DNA of 64,000 nt from an uncultured virus (IMG/VR IMGVR_UViG_2634166398_000002) (taxonomy: Duplodnaviria; Heunggongvirae; Uroviricota; Caudoviricetes): the IMG/VR virus record IMGVR_UViG_2634166398_000002, one strand, 5' to 3'. The translations under genes and the position numbers were made by a program. The notes beneath the pieces were generated by a model that was given only the letters and a program-made list of their open reading frames with translations, did not search any database and was not told the DNA's origin. Numbering within the stretch: position 1 is the stretch's first letter; each line of letters starts with the position of its first letter. Positions 41,616 to 52,005 of the stretch are shown here, one piece after another.

Positions 41616-41867
41616 CTATACCTGAAATTCAGCTACGTATCTCTTATCTGATCCTTCATTACCGTAATCAGAAACTTTTGCTAAGTCCGTTGTGAAAATT
41701 TCATCTGGGTACTCACGGATCATTTTTCTACATAGGTTAGACAGAGCTTCTTGCTTCGTTCTGCCATATTCAAATACCAACACATTAAATACCTCCTTAA
41801 CATTATCATGAGATATCCTTTTCCTGCTAATCCTTAATTTTACCCACTTAACGACATAACGAATCAA
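41616..41867 (-). CDS. Hypothetical phage protein
   Basis: 83-aa ORF. Confidence 0.45.
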   Translation of the reverse strand: MIRYVVKWVKLRISRKRISHDNVKEVFNVLVFEYGRTKQEALSNLCRKMIREYPDEIFTTDLAKVSDYGNEGSDKRYVAEFQV

Positions 41868-41888
41868 AACAAGTGAAAATTCATAAAA

Positions 41889-42266
41889 TTAAACAACTTC
41901 ACTCCATGACCACATGTTCATCGTTTGTAGCGTAAAACCGTCAGGAAGCTTTTTCATTTTTATATTCACGTTATATCTCTTCCCAGTAGTCTTATGGATC
42001 ACAGCAAGTTCTTCGCCATCATAGAACCGCACAATTGCTTCATTAAATTCAATTGGCTGATCAACCACATAACCTTCTTTAAGTGCTCTGATATACAGAT
42101 AAGGATCTGTTTTATAAAGCTCATATAGTCTATTGCCAAAGCCTTCGTGTTTATCTCTAAGCAGGTTAAAATTAATTAGGGATATATACAGTTTTTCAGA
42201 TATGTTTAGCTTGTTTTTGAAATACCGGATTGCTTCATCTTGTTCTTTGCTTAAAATGTTGATCAT
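41889..42266 (-). CDS. yorC: Phage protein
   Basis: Recalled similarity to SPbeta YorC; synteny. Confidence 0.55.
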   Translation of the reverse strand: MINILSKEQDEAIRYFKNKLNISEKLYISLINFNLLRDKHEGFGNRLYELYKTDPYLYIRALKEGYVVDQPIEFNEAIVRFYDGEELAVIHKTTGKRYNVNIKMKKLPDGFTLQTMNMWSWSEVV

Positions 42267-42323
42267 TTAATCAAGCTCCTTTAAGTATAATGTTTAAGTG
42301 TTTTTATATGGGGGAATACGTGA

Positions 42324-42575
42324 ATGGAGGTGGTTCATTTGGAAAATAATCAGAAAATAACGCTAAACTCTTCTTTCGCGTTATCCACTCTTATTGTCTT
42401 ACTTATTGCATTGTTCCCGGCCTATTCCTTTTGGTTTGTCACGATATTCTTTTTAGGATTTGCACTAATATACACATTTCAAAAAAATAAGAGTAAATCC
42501 TCAAAATTAATTGCCATTATCTCTTATCCATTGTTTGCTGTAGCATTAGTTTACAGCATAATAAACAGCATATAA
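42324..42575 (+). CDS. Small three-TM membrane protein, candidate immunity protein
   Basis: Hydrophobic; convergent with a secreted protein across a shared hairpin at 42577-42608. Confidence 0.65.
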   Translation: MEVVHLENNQKITLNSSFALSTLIVLLIALFPAYSFWFVTIFFLGFALIYTFQKNKSKSSKLIAIISYPLFAVALVYSIINSI

Positions 42576-42607
42576 GAATCCTCCCTTAGGTGGGAGGATC
42601 ATTTTTT

Positions 42608-43132
42608 TTACATCACAGCAACTTTTGGGCCGCCTTTGTCCGTTATGATAAAGCTGTCACTTCCGATTTTTTTCTTTCGATCCTTATCTTCATAAATCGT
42701 TACATGGTGCTTGGTCATTAGAGTTGCCCCTGCCATCTTAAATTCCTGCTTATCCTTAAAGTAAACAATTTTATATTCGCCTAGAATAATCATGTTAGCT
42801 AGTCCAGCTAAATAAGAAGACCATCCCCCTGTAGGCAAATTTAATGCAAATCCTAATGTTTGAACGACAGCAGCAGTTGAATACTTGTCAAACTTGGTAT
42901 CGCCGTATGTAGTTCCGGCATCTTGCCAATCATCCGCAGTTGTCGAAAAACCTGGGTTCTTAATATTTGAGGCGGTCTTAAGTACATTGATTGGTTGGTG
43001 ATAATTATTGCTTTCAGTATCTTTCCTACTTTGATTTAGCTCTTTTGCATTTACTCCTGCCCCAAAATCACAAAGCAAACCACTTACGAGTAAAGTTCCA
43101 ACAACTCCAATTTTACCAATGTTGCTTTTCAC
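42608..43132 (-). CDS. Secreted protein, candidate bacteriocin-like toxin
   Basis: Signal peptide ending VNA; central Gly/Ala-rich hydrophobic hairpin; basic C-terminus. Confidence 0.65.
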   Translation of the reverse strand: MKSNIGKIGVVGTLLVSGLLCDFGAGVNAKELNQSRKDTESNNYHQPINVLKTASNIKNPGFSTTADDWQDAGTTYGDTKFDKYSTAAVVQTLGFALNLPTGGWSSYLAGLANMIILGEYKIVYFKDKQEFKMAGATLMTKHHVTIYEDKDRKKKIGSDSFIITDKGGPKVAVM

Positions 43133-43244
43133 ACCTAATTCCTCCTCTGAGTGTTTTAATTATATTACACTCAGACATTACCCCAAAAATATCCATATAA
43201 ACCACTTTCTATTTAATTTGTTTTCTTTTAAACTACAGTTTTAT

Positions 43245-44987
43245 TTAGACTACAATATCTCCTTCTGCAGTCTTCAGCGTTCCACTATTGTATGTATTCT
43301 GAACTAAGGTTGTATTCTTTGCTTTTTCTGTGTAAAAAGGATGAGATAGCAACCTTCCCCCAATTCCATAAACATCATTCCTAACGAGACGTACCTTGTT
43401 TGTATTCTCCAAATAAATACCATATCCTTGGTCTGCTGAACGATTAAACATGATCTCATTATCTTTTAATGTGTGTTCTGAACCGCCAGTCAGTTGGATG
43501 GCGATTAATGATTTACAGAAATAAACCTGGTTCTCACTAATCTGGCAACTGTATTTCTCAGGAGTACCTTTAATTGCAACATTCCTAGGCTCATGAATTT
43601 CATTTCGATGTAGTGAGACAGAAGAGTCTTTATCCCAAAAGATGCCGTATCCACTCCCACTTAACAACAAGTCATTTCCCTTTAAACGAACTGACTGAGA
43701 CCTTTCGCAATAAATTCCACCGTATACATTAGCAAACTCATTATTAACGAGACTGATTCGGCTAGAATCCATTATCTTTGCAGCATATGATGAGCTCGTT
43801 CCTTTTCCTTTGGTATTCACAACCTTGATATCATTTGAGTTTCTAACCTGGACTTGAACACAATCACTGTTTTCTATCCTGTTGTCCGTAATTAAAAAGT
43901 CCTCTGCTTGATGTGTTGCAATAGGACATGCTTTTATATTTTCAAAAGTATTATTTGATACTGTGCCACCCTTTCCTCTAACACAAATGCCCACTTCAAA
44001 GCCGCTGATCGTGTTGCCATCAATTTGAACTCTGTTTCCAGACTCCGTACTTGAAACACCTACCGAGTCAATCCCATATGTCTTAATTTCATTTTCATTG
44101 ATGATCTTGTTATTTTTGATACTGACATCCGTGCTATATCCATAGGAAATAACAAGGTCACTGTAGTTTCCTTCAATAATTACCTTGCCGCTTGTGTGCG
44201 CTGTAACGGATCCACGTCCATTGTTTTTAAACCTGCAGTTTCGCACAGTTAATTTATACGGGTGATCATATTTAATTCCGTTTTCTCCAAAGCCCTCTAA
44301 ATCAATGCCTAATTGTGGCCCAATTGTATCTCCCCCAGCTTCTTCTATATCACAGTCATCGACAAGAAGACCTTCACAACCATTGGTAGCTAGGTTATTT
44401 CTTCGCCCTCTTAAAAGCGTACACTTTCTAACGGTCACATTCTTTGAAGGTGTATATGTTCCTGAAGTATTCATCATTCCATCAGCTGCTATCCAAATGT
44501 CATCTCCAATACAGTCAGAGACTTGTACATTTTCAATTAACACATTGCTACTTCCATTAACATGGATACCATAGCCCCATTCATGCGTCTTCTTAATTGA
44601 GGTGATTTTTGAATAATCATGCTCATATCGATCCCCTATAATTTGTCCGCCTCGAATCGTTACATTACTCGCTTGGCCAATATAAAAACAGGAGTAGCCT
44701 TGATAACCATTAGGCAACACTTTAAATATAGCCTCTGGATGAAGTATTAGCTCAATATTCGAAGGAACATTGATACCTCCACCGAATTCAGGTAATCGCT
44801 TTGTTGTATTCACAGCATCGATCAAATAGATACCTTTTGGAATATGTACTTTATAAAATGATTTTGAGCTTGCGTATTCTAAAGCTCGGTTTAATCCTTC
44901 TGTTGTTTCAATTGCATTTGACCCTTTATCATCAATTCCCCAATCCAGAGCATCAACAAAATAGTATAAGGGCTGTTGCATGTTCAT
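43245..44987 (-). CDS. yorA: Right-handed beta-helix (pectate-lyase-like) protein
   Basis: IPKGIYLI motif and many parallel beta-helix repeats. Confidence 0.82.
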   Translation of the reverse strand: MNMQQPLYYFVDALDWGIDDKGSNAIETTEGLNRALEYASSKSFYKVHIPKGIYLIDAVNTTKRLPEFGGGINVPSNIELILHPEAIFKVLPNGYQGYSCFYIGQASNVTIRGGQIIGDRYEHDYSKITSIKKTHEWGYGIHVNGSSNVLIENVQVSDCIGDDIWIAADGMMNTSGTYTPSKNVTVRKCTLLRGRRNNLATNGCEGLLVDDCDIEEAGGDTIGPQLGIDLEGFGENGIKYDHPYKLTVRNCRFKNNGRGSVTAHTSGKVIIEGNYSDLVISYGYSTDVSIKNNKIINENEIKTYGIDSVGVSSTESGNRVQIDGNTISGFEVGICVRGKGGTVSNNTFENIKACPIATHQAEDFLITDNRIENSDCVQVQVRNSNDIKVVNTKGKGTSSSYAAKIMDSSRISLVNNEFANVYGGIYCERSQSVRLKGNDLLLSGSGYGIFWDKDSSVSLHRNEIHEPRNVAIKGTPEKYSCQISENQVYFCKSLIAIQLTGGSEHTLKDNEIMFNRSADQGYGIYLENTNKVRLVRNDVYGIGGRLLSHPFYTEKAKNTTLVQNTYNSGTLKTAEGDIVV

Positions 44988-45808
44988 GTTGTCAAACCCT
45001 TCCCTTCTACATTTTCATTGAGAAACCCTGATAGAGTGTCAATGAAGTTATAAAAGGTCTCATTTCTTGTGCCATAGCGTCCTTTCAGAGAAAAGATGTT
45101 GAACATTGATTTGCGTAGTCCAGTGCTCAATTCCAGTTGAATGCTCTTTCCTGTTTTATTTTTATTGGCCACGTTATTTGGACTGCTACCGGATAACCTC
45201 GTCCCTTCATCAAGAAGCTCTGCAGAGTAACCGGCATTATTTAATGTGCTTGTTATCGCTTCAGCTTTGTCCCGATCTGTGCCACCAACTAGAACCTGTT
45301 GGTCATTACTTGCATAACCGTGAAGTGACAGTGTGAACTCATGTTCCTTCAACATTTCAAGTGCTCGCGGTTCATCAAAATTAGCACTGGTTAAATGCAA
45401 ATCAAATGCTCCTGGTGTCTTTAAAGCTTCAAAAAGATATGTAGAGTATGTTTCACTTAATTCCTTTGCAAGCTCACTTGTTCCCCCTTCTATGCCACCT
45501 CCATGGGGAGCAAGAATCAATACATCCGTGTCTTGCTCTTTTGAGAATACGCTAAAATTGAACGGTGATTCATTCACTTTAAGCTCTTCAAAGTTCCGAT
45601 ACTTGTCCGCTGCTAAGATACTGACTGGATTCATGAATGAAACCATAGCTGTCACCAAGACTGGAAAAGTCTTCTTAACTGTGATATAATTTAATAGCTT
45701 CGCTTCAGGGTGAAGTGTGCAGAGAAGGGGTGACCCGCCAAAGTTGCCCTTCTCTGCTCTTTTAATCTTTTTTAACAGTTCCTCTATTCTGTTTTTAATC
45801 CTCAACAA
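44984..45808 (-). CDS. yoqZ: Poly-gamma-glutamate hydrolase (DUF867/PghP family)
   Basis: APHGGGIEGGTSELA, HLTS..FDEP, SLHG and QLELS motifs. Confidence 0.88.
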   Translation of the reverse strand: MLRIKNRIEELLKKIKRAEKGNFGGSPLLCTLHPEAKLLNYITVKKTFPVLVTAMVSFMNPVSILAADKYRNFEELKVNESPFNFSVFSKEQDTDVLILAPHGGGIEGGTSELAKELSETYSTYLFEALKTPGAFDLHLTSANFDEPRALEMLKEHEFTLSLHGYASNDQQVLVGGTDRDKAEAITSTLNNAGYSAELLDEGTRLSGSSPNNVANKNKTGKSIQLELSTGLRKSMFNIFSLKGRYGTRNETFYNFIDTLSGFLNENVEGKGLTT

Positions 45809-45907
45809 TTAATAACCACTCCTTTTTATTTTTGTTTTATTCTTAAAACTCAAATCATATGGATCAATCACATCGTTATCACCCCCTTTAATTAAAATTT
45901 CTTTTAT

Positions 45908-46651
45908 TCAATTATCTAGCGCTTTTGAGGAGGCTGCCAACTTCCCCTTCGTTTTATTGTGCTGTATTTTTCTAATGTCATTGATCGTTTTTTTCAAAAC
46001 ATCATTAACTATTGAACTTAATGCAAAGTTATCTTTAACTTTATATTTATATTCTCTCTTTTCTAGTGCTTCTTTTATTTTCTTAAGAACCATTATTTTA
46101 GTATTAGCAAGAGTATGTTTTGAATTTTTCCTTTTTCCTTTAACTTTCCTTTGATAAGGCAATCTAATTTTATGTAAATTGTAATACTTTATACACTCCT
46201 CATACATAATTGGCAAACGCTCTATGTCACAATTGCTGAATGTGGTGTCAAGGAGTTTATAGTGGTAAAGTTTTTGCTCTTTAGTAGCGTTATCCATTAC
46301 ATATATTCCTTCTTGCCTTAGTGAAGGTAAAACGTCATGAGTAATCCATTTGATGAACTGTTTAGCCTCTTTTTTCCCACTTCCTATAACAGCAACATAA
46401 AAACCAGGTTCATTCACCATTGTCATACCGGTATTATTTATATTTTCGAAGGCGCCGTTATGGAGCCTTCGAATTTCATCTGCTGATAAGTGCTTTTTCT
46501 CATCATTCTCCAATCTTTTTAACATACTATTAGTCTTTGAGTATCCTAAAATATCGGCTATGTCTTTTGCGTAAAAATACGGTTCTTCATTAATTAAAAT
46601 TGCTCTTACTTTGCCAAAAACATCATGGTTAAATGTGGTTATGTTATGCAT
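45908..46651 (-). CDS. Bro-N domain antirepressor-like protein
   Basis: EPYFYAKDIADILGY...VNEPGFY...AKQFIKWITHDVLPSLR. Confidence 0.85.
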   Translation of the reverse strand: MHNITTFNHDVFGKVRAILINEEPYFYAKDIADILGYSKTNSMLKRLENDEKKHLSADEIRRLHNGAFENINNTGMTMVNEPGFYVAVIGSGKKEAKQFIKWITHDVLPSLRQEGIYVMDNATKEQKLYHYKLLDTTFSNCDIERLPIMYEECIKYYNLHKIRLPYQRKVKGKRKNSKHTLANTKIMVLKKIKEALEKREYKYKVKDNFALSSIVNDVLKKTINDIRKIQHNKTKGKLAASSKALDN

Positions 46652-46723
46652 ATTTACTTCTTTTCCTCTTTTCTTTAAAATCTACGCTCATTAATCTGCA
46701 AGTCCTAGCTTAACTAACAATTC

Positions 46724-46942
46724 CTAGTTACTTATTTTATTTTTATCAAATAAATCAATTATGTAGGCTTCGTACATGTCATCCCAATAGGGTTCTGTTC
46801 TTGCTATGTATTTTGTTGCTTTTCCATTCTCCACAATCTTAAAGGTTTGCCCCTTTTGGATATCCGTGAACTTCTTCTTTGTCCATATCCCTCTGATCAA
46901 CACTTCAACTTCTTTAACCTCAACTGTTTGCTGTTGCATCAC
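46724..46942 (-). CDS. Small phage protein
   Basis: 72 aa, AAGGAGG RBS. Confidence 0.55.
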   Translation of the reverse strand: MMQQQTVEVKEVEVLIRGIWTKKKFTDIQKGQTFKIVENGKATKYIARTEPYWDDMYEAYIIDLFDKNKISN

Positions 46943-47008
46943 ATTCCTCCTTTTGATTTTCGTGCATCAAGCCTGTACAATATTCAAAAACCCTAAAGGA
47001 TGATGAAC

Positions 47009-47683
47009 ATGTGTGGCAGGTTCACTTTATTCTCTGAGTTTGACGACATCATCGAACAGTTCAATATAGATCAATTTTTGTCTGAAGACGAATACCATCC
47101 AAGCTATAATGTAGCTCCTTCACAGAACATCCTGACAATCATTAATGATGGATCAAACAACCGTCTGGGTAAGCTAAGATGGGGTCTTATCCCTCCTTGG
47201 GCTAAAGATGAAAAGATTGGCTATAAAATGATTAATGCTCGTGCTGAAACATTGGCCGAGAAACCCAGCTTTAGAAAGCCACTCGCAAGCAAACGCTGCA
47301 TTATCCCTGCAGACAGTTTTTATGAATGGAAACGCCTTGATTCAAAGACTAAGGTTCCTATGAGGATTAAACTTAAATCATCCAACCTCTTTGCATTTGC
47401 CGGCTTATATGAAAAGTGGAATACGCCAGAAGGCAATCCGCTATATACCTGCACAATCATTACTACAAAACCCAATGAGTTGATGGAGGACATCCATGAT
47501 CGGATGCCGGTCATTCTTACTGACAAGAACGAAAAGGAATGGCTAAACCCAAAAAACACCGATCCTGATTATCTTCAAAGCTTACTGCTTCCGTATGATG
47601 CTGATGACATGGAAGCTTATCAAGTTTCATCCTTAGTTAACTCGCCTAAAAACAACTCACCGGAACTGATTGAATCCCATTAA
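47009..47683 (+). CDS. yoqW: SRAP/HMCES abasic-site processing protein
   Basis: N-terminal MCGRF; INARAET; FYEW; IHDRMPVIL. Confidence 0.93.
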   Translation: MCGRFTLFSEFDDIIEQFNIDQFLSEDEYHPSYNVAPSQNILTIINDGSNNRLGKLRWGLIPPWAKDEKIGYKMINARAETLAEKPSFRKPLASKRCIIPADSFYEWKRLDSKTKVPMRIKLKSSNLFAFAGLYEKWNTPEGNPLYTCTIITTKPNELMEDIHDRMPVILTDKNEKEWLNPKNTDPDYLQSLLLPYDADDMEAYQVSSLVNSPKNNSPELIESH

Positions 47684-47752
47684 GTACCACAGTCATTTTG
47701 CTTTATATATCACCTTCGCTTAGCTATTATGTTCTAAGTAGGAGGTGATATT

Positions 47753-48565
47753 TTGTTCGTATCGCCAATGTTATTACATTCAATCAAAGAACCATTTGAT
47801 GACGATAGCTATATTACCGAGCTGAAATTTGATGGAATTAGACTGATTCTCTCCAAGTTTTATGATCAGATAAAGCTTTATACTCGTCACAACAATGAGG
47901 TAACAAGCAAGTTCCCAGAACTGTTGGATATCGATATCCCCAATGGAACTGTATTAGACGGGGAAATCATTGTAGCTGCGCCAGGCGGTACTCCTGATTT
48001 TGAAGCTGTCATGGAACGCTTTATGTCTAAGAAATCAGCTCATAAGGTGGTTTACTGTGTATTTGATGTAATTTATATTGATGGGTGTTCAATCGCTAAT
48101 AAGCCGCTCATTGAACGAAAGAGCATGCTTTCAGACTTAAACCTAGACCACGATAATTTCTTTGTAATCGAAGGCCTGCAAGGAAACGGATTAGCTTATT
48201 TTAATCTGGCCAAAGAAAAGAATCTTGAAGGAATCGTACTAAAGAAAGCTAACTCCCCTTATGAAATCAATAAACGTTCCCATAGCTGGCTGAAAGTGAT
48301 TAATTATGATTACACAGATGTGCTTATCACCGGCTACACCAAAGCGGATATAAAGTTTCTTCTGTCTTATCCTGATGGAACTGCAGCCGGATTCATGGAA
48401 TTCATGCCGAATGCGGAACGAAGTAAATTCCACTCTATGAAACATGTAAAGTCTGAAACTGACGAATTTGTATTTGTAGAACCGATCTTATGTAAGGTTA
48501 AGCACAGATTTAAGACTAAGCATGGTAAACTCCGCATACCTTCGTTTGAATCCTGGAGAGTCTAA
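47753..48565 (+). CDS. ligB: ATP-dependent DNA ligase
   Basis: ELKFDGIR, LDGE, VFD, EGIVLK and WLKV motifs. Confidence 0.92.
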   Translation: MFVSPMLLHSIKEPFDDDSYITELKFDGIRLILSKFYDQIKLYTRHNNEVTSKFPELLDIDIPNGTVLDGEIIVAAPGGTPDFEAVMERFMSKKSAHKVVYCVFDVIYIDGCSIANKPLIERKSMLSDLNLDHDNFFVIEGLQGNGLAYFNLAKEKNLEGIVLKKANSPYEINKRSHSWLKVINYDYTDVLITGYTKADIKFLLSYPDGTAAGFMEFMPNAERSKFHSMKHVKSETDEFVFVEPILCKVKHRFKTKHGKLRIPSFESWRV

Positions 48566-48638
48566 TCTCTCCGTTACATAATTCCTTAGCTCAAAGTTAA
48601 TTAATTTTGATGAAAATTTAGTACATGAATCAATTAGT

Positions 48639-49052
48639 TTAACTTGACCATTCAGCAAAGCTGTAGGGGTAATCAACACTTTCAATGAAACCGATCTCCT
48701 TCGCCTTCTGACGGATTTTCATACAACCTTCATAGCTGTAAGCCCATATTTCTTTATAATCCCTCAGCTCACCGTATTTCCCTGTTATGATGAATTTTCT
48801 GAAGCTGTTGACCAGCTGCCACATGTTGCCCCCATGCGAAAAGCCGTTTGGACTCCCGTATCCCATTTCATACGGGTAAACGTCAGCGCCCGTGTAATCA
48901 TCAACGAAGAACAGTTTTTTCTTAAATCTGAAATACGCTATGCGATCCTTTGACTTGCGGTAGAATGTACGATGATCAATGCTTGAGATAAGCTTGATCA
49001 AATCGTTTATGTCGTTCATTCGTTTCAATTGCTCTGCTGATGCCATCTGCAC
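48639..49052 (-). CDS. Hypothetical phage protein
   Basis: 137 aa containing GFSHGG. Confidence 0.6.
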   Translation of the reverse strand: MQMASAEQLKRMNDINDLIKLISSIDHRTFYRKSKDRIAYFRFKKKLFFVDDYTGADVYPYEMGYGSPNGFSHGGNMWQLVNSFRKFIITGKYGELRDYKEIWAYSYEGCMKIRQKAKEIGFIESVDYPYSFAEWSS

Positions 49053-49207
49053 CCTTCCCTTCTATAAAATAACTATTTTATTTTGATTCCATAATAATCA
49101 CCAAATATCGTAGCCCACAAAACAATTTAAAATATTCGTCATTTTCTCTTCTTCTATTAATCCGTATTCAGCAAGTCTGTTTAAATAACCTTCCCGTTCG
49201 TTCTTGG

Positions 49208-50005
49208 TCAATTCCCTTCCTCCTTTAATTCCACATTAATATTTAAAACGTTTGCAATTCGTTTACCTACTTCTTCGGAAACTGTTTCTGATACTCTTTC
49301 TTTAAATCCATAAAGCAATCGACTTCCGTCCCTAAAACCTTCTTCAATAAGTGATTCAATCTTCTCTCCCGCAATTCTATCCAGTTTTCCTGACTCAGAC
49401 ATCTTCTGAACTTCATTAGAAACCGCAATACTAATCATTTCTTGTATGTCTTGCCTTGAAATACCTAATTCATTATGTATGTAGTTTTTGACCTCTTTGT
49501 ATACACTATTTTTATTTTCAAGGGTCTTCTCTTGTATATCTAGTGGGACGAGAACGTAATAATGTCCATGATAAAAACCGCTATATAATTCTCCCTCATC
49601 TTCGAATGTATCAACATCCACTCCATCGTCGGCGACTTTGCGAACAACTCGGACAATGCCATTCGACTCTCCTTTATAAACATGAATAACTTTATCGCCT
49701 ACTTCCCCCTCACGTTCGACCATTTCGTAACGTCGACCGTCAATGTGAACGATGTCGGTCGGTTCGAGTACACGGCAACAGGCTGGATCGCAAGCAACTC
49801 CGTTCCTATAGCCTCCTAAATCTAAGTAAACAAAACTTGAATTGCTTCCGAGAAACGTACCTATCTCATCATCATCTCTGAGGATAATTCTCTCGCCTAC
49901 TTCCGCCTTCCGATCGACCTCGATGTATTCCCGCTTGATGTCGCCAAGTGTTTCGTCAGCCAGTACGTGGATATTTGTGTTTGTGTTCGCCTTAGTTTCT
50001 GCCAT
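49208..50005 (-). CDS. Hypothetical, probably chimeric phage protein
   Basis: GC-richer N-terminal repeats (RKAEVGERI / REGEVGDKV) fused to an AT-rich C-terminus. Confidence 0.6.
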   Translation of the reverse strand: MAETKANTNTNIHVLADETLGDIKREYIEVDRKAEVGERIILRDDDEIGTFLGSNSSFVYLDLGGYRNGVACDPACCRVLEPTDIVHIDGRRYEMVEREGEVGDKVIHVYKGESNGIVRVVRKVADDGVDVDTFEDEGELYSGFYHGHYYVLVPLDIQEKTLENKNSVYKEVKNYIHNELGISRQDIQEMISIAVSNEVQKMSESGKLDRIAGEKIESLIEEGFRDGSRLLYGFKERVSETVSEEVGKRIANVLNINVELKEEGN

Positions 50006-50147
50006 TTACTCCACCTCTATATTTTTTATGTTTTTTCAATTCTTTTTTGATTTTCATATTGCTTTTCACTCTTTTATTAATAGATGCGTGTCATACACAT
50101 GCCATCTAAAAGAGATAGGACATTTTTGTCTCAGGAGGTGAAAGGTA

Positions 50148-50300
50148 ATGAAAATTCTAATGGATCTTTTCATAACTTGGATTTTTGATAAAGTCATGGA
50201 TTATTCACTAGGAGCTGTAATTTGGTTTGTATTTAAGGCCAAGTCAAAGCAGAATGAGTATCCCGATGACTTTGAGAAAAAGCGTCGATTCAGACTTTAA
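50148..50300 (+). CDS. 50-aa membrane peptide with basic tail
   Basis: AGGAGGTG RBS; MKILMDLFITWIFDKVMDYSLGAVIWFVFKAKSK...KKRRFRL. Confidence 0.6.
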   Translation: MKILMDLFITWIFDKVMDYSLGAVIWFVFKAKSKQNEYPDDFEKKRRFRL

Positions 50301-50800
50301 ATTGACTGACTCGTATTCTGATCGCTATCGCCGAGCGCATCAACTTCCGTAAACACCGCCTGTTCTATCGGCTTGATTACCGCTTGTGCGATACGATCGC
50401 CTTTTCGGATGATGTACGAACCTTTCGCAAAATGATCCCAAGCTCTGAGGTAATCGAGAGCACTGACGATTTTATCTCTTATATCGAAAAGAAAGTCCTT
50501 TTCAATATCTGTATAACGATTTATATTGTCGACGATTACTCCGGCCTCTCCTCGATATCCCGCGTCAACAGTGCCGAGCTGCACACGTAATTTAGTCTTC
50601 AGCGTAATGACGGAGCGCGGTCGGATCTGCATTTCGTAACCTTCCGGAATCTCGAACGCCAAGCCCGTCGGCACACACGCCGTCTCGCCCGGCTCGATAA
50701 TTACGTCCTCTGCCGCGACCAGATCAAAGCCGGCGTCCGTTGCGTGCGCATAAGCTGGAATCTGTGCGTCCGGTGATAACCGTTTGATATTTACGTTCAT
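50297..50800 (-). CDS. Second dUTPase-like protein lacking motif 5 (possibly truncated)
   Basis: AGFDL, PRSV, GTVDAGYRGE and GDRIAQ present; ends DSDQNTSQSI. Confidence 0.8.
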   Translation of the reverse strand: MNVNIKRLSPDAQIPAYAHATDAGFDLVAAEDVIIEPGETACVPTGLAFEIPEGYEMQIRPRSVITLKTKLRVQLGTVDAGYRGEAGVIVDNINRYTDIEKDFLFDIRDKIVSALDYLRAWDHFAKGSYIIRKGDRIAQAVIKPIEQAVFTEVDALGDSDQNTSQSI

Positions 50801-50881
50801 TTCGTTTCCTCCAAATAACTGATTAAAATCACGATTTTAATTTAACTTTAATGTGTATCATCTTGAGAAAATCTCCTTTAA

Positions 50882-51298
50882 TTGGTAAACTCATACCTAA
50901 CTTACATACGAGTGGGTGATCCCTTGAATAAAACAATCGGTATTACTGGATTAATCATCAGCATTGTGGCGCAATCATTTTCGGCCGATGATTCACTATC
51001 CCACAAGATTGCTACGGGTTTGTTATTTGTATCAATAATGATTTATAATTTTGAACATGCTAAAGATTATTCTAAAAAGTCACTTGTAATTTTAGGAGTT
51101 TCCTTTATTATTTTTATGCTAGGGATTTATAAAATCCTCTCTGTTACCAGCGAGTACTTTGAAAAGCTTAATGTGAATTTTGGATACATCCTCTTATTTG
51201 AAATAGCATTGATTATTGCATTAGTGTCGATTGCAGTAAACGTAATGAAGTACATTGCGAATCGGTTAAGGAAATCACCTAACGGTAAAGAGTGTTAA
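50882..51298 (+). CDS. Four-TM membrane protein
   Basis: Hydrophobic segments; hairpin at 51287-51315. Confidence 0.6.
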   Translation: MVNSYLTYIRVGDPLNKTIGITGLIISIVAQSFSADDSLSHKIATGLLFVSIMIYNFEHAKDYSKKSLVILGVSFIIFMLGIYKILSVTSEYFEKLNVNFGYILLFEIALIIALVSIAVNVMKYIANRLRKSPNGKEC

Positions 51299-51314
51299 TT
51301 CCTCTTTGCCTTTT

Positions 51315-51992
51315 TTAAGCTAAATACTTCTTTCTGTGCGATCTTCTATGTACAAAATCAAATGCGATATCAACCTTTGCCGGTTCCTTCTCCTCTGCTA
51401 CTCGTTCCGTAACAACAATCAGTTGTCCATTTTCCTGGTGTTCAATGCTATGAACTGAATAGCCTTTAGCAGCGTAATATTCACCAATAATCTCATCAAC
51501 GTGGTTGCTAAGCAGATTCCTCTTTATCACCCTTATAACCTCCATTTATTTTATTTTTATTCTTTAAATATTTATATGTATTCCATCCACAGCCATCAAA
51601 TATGCTTATATCCGCTCCAAGATGCCATTTAAACCAAACTAAGTTAAACCAGGCTGTATCAACTATGTGCTTTAAATAACCTATGTACCTTCCTCCTTGC
51701 AATGAAATAATCCTTTTAAAGTAATTGCTTAGTAGCTAAAATCTGATCCGAATAATGATTTGCATTCTTCTTGGGTGAATGGTTCTTCAAGAAACAACTC
51801 ATTTTCTTTGTTAAATGTTATGCAAAGTTGGTTCTCCCTTAGAGGAAGTGGGCAATCGCCCCGTCCTTCAACTTTAACAACGTCGCCTACTGCAATCGTT
51901 CCTCCTGTAATCAATTCTTTGAAATCTAACGTGTCGTCATTATGCGATCCCCAATTAACTCCATCTAAATTCACAATTTTAAATTCACTCAT
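51315..51992 (-). CDS. Three small hypothetical ORFs (51315-51545, 51508-51702, 51729-51992)
   Basis: Co-oriented ORFs. Confidence 0.5.
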
Positions 51993-52005
51993 GTTATATC
52001 CCTCC

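Noticed and set aside
45893..45906. TAAAA-TTTC-TTTTA (and TTAAA-TGCA-TTTTA near 63981) as palindrome copies
   Set aside because: 4-bp spacer, so not counted with the N6 set
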